DNA of 64,000 nucleotides from Escherichia coli (GTDB lineage Bacteria; Pseudomonadota; Gammaproteobacteria; Enterobacterales; Enterobacteriaceae): NCBI RefSeq assembly GCF_024223415.1, contig NZ_CP100501.1; one strand, 5' to 3'. Shown piece by piece: positions 61,254 to 64,000 of this stretch (position 1 is its first letter; each line of letters starts with the position of its first letter). The notes under the pieces were generated by a model. It saw only the letters and a program-made list of their open reading frames with translations, ran no database searches and was not told where the DNA came from. The position numbers and the translations under genes were made by a program.

Positions 61254-61496
61254 TTATAATTTTATCCGGGACCTGGCTTTAAGGGGTAATGCCACCTCTT
61301 TCCATTCACTACAGCTTCCGGGAATACGTTCTGTGCGTCGTATTATTCGTGTGTTCTGGCATACAATAATCAGGGCATTGTCTGCCGTCTGAAAAGGCAT
61401 AATCGCAATGTTAATATCTTCTGTTGCCGGGATACAGATGACTTTCTTTTCACATGTGTTGGTGTATACAACAACACTGAGTTTTTCTGCAGGCAT
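61254..61496 (-). CDS. hypothetical small protein upstream of the pil block (pilI-like position)
   Basis: 80-aa ORF; assignment by position only. Confidence 0.3.
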   Translation of the reverse strand: MPAEKLSVVVYTNTCEKKVICIPATEDINIAIMPFQTADNALIIVCQNTRIIRRTERIPGSCSEWKEVALPLKARSRIKL

Positions 61497-61850
61497 TTCA
61501 ACCTCCTTTAAATCTGCGCGGATTTAATTTAAAAAGCAGAAAGAGAAATTCATTTGTTCGTTGCCTCTGTTATTGAACTTCCCTCATGTTCTTGTTGTGT
61601 TCCATCTCATGGAGAGACTGAATGTACTTAACAATGGAAGCTCGTTTTATTGATACCTCCCGGGTTGTTACCGGGTAGAAAATGACATGTGAGTTTTCAA
61701 CGTACCGGAGGCGGTTATAGTAATTTCTTAACTCTTATGCAGGAATGTGCGCTATGGCAGGAGAAAAGGTCGGGACATCCTCATCAGCAAACCGTGATTT
61801 GCGAAAAAAAGTCAGCGGAGGGTGGCTGCCGTTGTGGCTGTCCCGGTATT

Positions 61851-62516
61851 TCAGTGTAACAGGTGATTGCTGTGATCTATGCCCCATTCGGCTTTCGGTA
61901 AACCTGAATGCCCCACATGAAGAATGCGTGACAGCATGTTTCTGCCGCTGCCGTTCAGGCTGCATTCGCGTCCGTGCGCGAGTATAAAACCTTCATCCCG
62001 GAATATATCTTCCACTTCTGAAGATTCGAGGGATGCCGGATGAATTAATGAAAATGCCACCGGTCTGAGCATTCTGCCCGTGGTGGAAAAGGTGTCTCTG
62101 GTACTGTTCAGCTGCAGGATATGACGTTTACCTGTTTGCGCACGGGAAAGTGTCTCACTCAGCAGCTGGTCGTTCCATGCGCACGTGCCAATCTGCCATC
62201 CCAGACTTCGGCACGCGGAAAGAGCCGAGCGGAAGCGGTACAGGTCGTATAATGCTGCGTTATTGCCACTTTCCAGCAGTGATTTCAGCGTATTTGCTAC
62301 CGGTATGTCCGTATTAGTGGCCAGCAGTTTTCGCAGAGTCGTAAACTCTTCTGCCATTCCTCTGAACTCGCGCATCTGACGGGCAGTGTCAAGCCAGTTC
62401 AGCAGGTAACGCCGGCGACGCCGTTCGTTGTTTATGTTGTCCGGGGCGGTGGAGAGTGCTTCGAGCATATTCTCCAGTAACAGAATGACAGGGTTTTCCT
62501 GGGATAGAATGGTCAT
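61851..62516 (-). CDS. hypothetical regulatory-region protein (traC-like position)
   Basis: 221-aa ORF between the NusG-like gene and the pil block; no motif recognised. Confidence 0.4.
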   Translation of the reverse strand: MTILSQENPVILLLENMLEALSTAPDNINNERRRRRYLLNWLDTARQMREFRGMAEEFTTLRKLLATNTDIPVANTLKSLLESGNNAALYDLYRFRSALSACRSLGWQIGTCAWNDQLLSETLSRAQTGKRHILQLNSTRDTFSTTGRMLRPVAFSLIHPASLESSEVEDIFRDEGFILAHGRECSLNGSGRNMLSRILHVGHSGLPKAEWGIDHSNHLLH

Positions 62517-62656
62517 AAAGGCGTCCTGAAAAAATGCCCGACAGCCGCTCTCCGTACACCCTCAGGTGTCACCGGTGCCGGGCATTGTGGAAACAGAAGG
62601 GAAAAAAATCCCGGCCATAAAGGCCGGGAAAAGTCGTCAAATTAAGACAGCAATTT

Positions 62657-63171
62657 TCATGTCAACGCTCCGTCATCAGATACCAGGTGCAGGAGCAGGG
62701 CGATCCTCGACTCCGGCAGAGGCTGTGCATCAAGCCGGAGGAGGTACTGGTAACGCGCTTTTGTCAGCCAGAGGGTGGAGGCAGCATCCAGCTCCTCCCT
62801 GGCTGCCGGATTGAGCGCAGGATCCGGGTACACTTTCATTAAAGACTGAACGATATCCTCCCTGACGGTTTTGATTTCACCGGCCATTTTCACGAAGCCC
62901 AGAAAGGCACTGTGACGGCGCAGGTGAGTGAAAGCGTGGCGTTCGGGGTCTGCTTTCAGGAAAAAGTAACCGGGAAACACGGCGTGTATATGTCGACGGT
63001 AACCACAGACTTTATCCGTGCGGCGGACCTTTTTCAGTATCAGGGGTGTCCAGGGAAGGACGTGTTGTTCGGAAAGCCAGGAAAAGAGATGTTCGCGGTT
63101 TTTGCCGGCAGGGATGTACTGTGCCAGATACCAGTTGCGTTGATGTAATTCACTGATATTCAAAATCCGGA
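62657..63171 (-). CDS. NusG/RfaH-family transcription antiterminator paralog (TraB/ActX-like); start uncertain (ORF track extends to 63364)
   Basis: NGN-domain-like N-terminus ...NWYLAQY... and FPGYFFLKADPE resembling RfaH FPNYLFVEFDPE; located upstream of the pilus operon. Confidence 0.55.
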
Positions 63172-64000
63172 ACGCTCCGCGAAAATCGATCCCCGCAGGG
63201 GGGCTTCGATGTTGTTGTGAACGGCGAATACATAAAGCATGTGTCGGAAACAGCGGCTGACCCACGTTCAGCCCGGCCTGCAGTTCTGACAGGCACATGC
63301 ACTGTGCACTCTTGTTAGCCTTGTGGACGGTTTCGAGGCGGGCGAAAACCGACAACCCCTGCAAACAGGATTAATGGCTGGAAAATATATTACATAAGGA
63401 TGTATCTGTGGCAAAAGTGAATATAAGTAGTTGAATAGATCGTTATATTTGATAAATCAGCATATCATGCTGATTTGTGTGCAGTGTCTGGAGGATTAGA
63501 TCGTTTAAAAATTTTAGGCGATCTCTTCTACTAAAAATGATGAAAAATACAGCATAAAAGATCGTTTGTGAAATTGTTCATTTTTTTGACACAGTTCAAA
63601 AAAACGACGCTTTTTAGGGGGTTAAAGAGGGCAACTGTAACCCTGAGAAATCGTGTCGGCTTTTCAAAGCGGTGGAAAAGGGGTATATTGCGGATCGTTA
63701 TTCAGTGGCTTTTGGGATCCTCGCGGTCCGGAAAGCCAGAAAACGGCAGAATGCGCCATAAGGCATTCAGGATGTATGGCAGAAACGACGGCAGTTTGCC
63801 GGGGCCGGAAGGCTGAAAAAAGTTTCAGAAGGCCATAAAGGAAAACCCCCATAATCTTCCTGTCGAACTTGGCGGAACGCACAGAAGATTATGGGGGCCT
63901 TACAGAATACGGGATAAGTATATATGAAACCGTGTCAGAGATTCAACCCTTTGCAGTGCATTAACGCACGGCAATCTGTTCCCGCCATAAGCGACAGCTT

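Overview
This window reads as the transfer region of an IncI-complex (R64-like) conjugative plasmid from an IS-rich enterobacterial host, with several insertions and one apparent loss. All assignments come from reading the ORF translations and DNA by eye and from recalled family knowledge; no database search was run. Almost all backbone genes are on the minus strand. From high to low coordinate the order is: a NusG/RfaH-like regulator (traB/ActX-like) and a traC-like gene; a thin-pilus type IVb operon (pilL to pilV) followed by rci and a shufflon that appears reduced to one invertible segment; a Dot/Icm-like type IVB block (traE/F-like, traH to traK, the sog primase, traL to traR, traU to traY); excA; a hok-type pndCA toxin locus; a translationally coupled array of small ORFs; a secreted SNase-like nuclease; and trbA-trbB-trbC. 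A 5.46-kb Tn3-family transposon sits between traU and the traS/traT-like genes, bounded by perfect terminal repeats and an ATGAA target duplication. It carries a decayed tnpA with a nested IS100-like fragment, tnpR, an internal third repeat copy, a low-GC secreted EEP-family hydrolase gene, and a fused IS2/IS1 remnant. Downstream of trbC, where I recall nikB-nikA-oriT in R64, there is instead an IS graveyard: two diverged IS629-like copies in inverted orientation, each abutting an IS256-family transposase fragment, a complete IS2 with an AAGAG duplication, and an AT-rich non-coding island. Candidates for novelty are two co-oriented ORFs between pilP and pilQ that I cannot assign to any pil gene, an AT-rich pair of convergent membrane-protein ORFs where I expected pilJ/pilK, the EEP cargo gene abutted by an IS2 end, and a 31-bp perfect palindrome beside trbC. 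No rRNA, tRNA or CRISPR array was seen.
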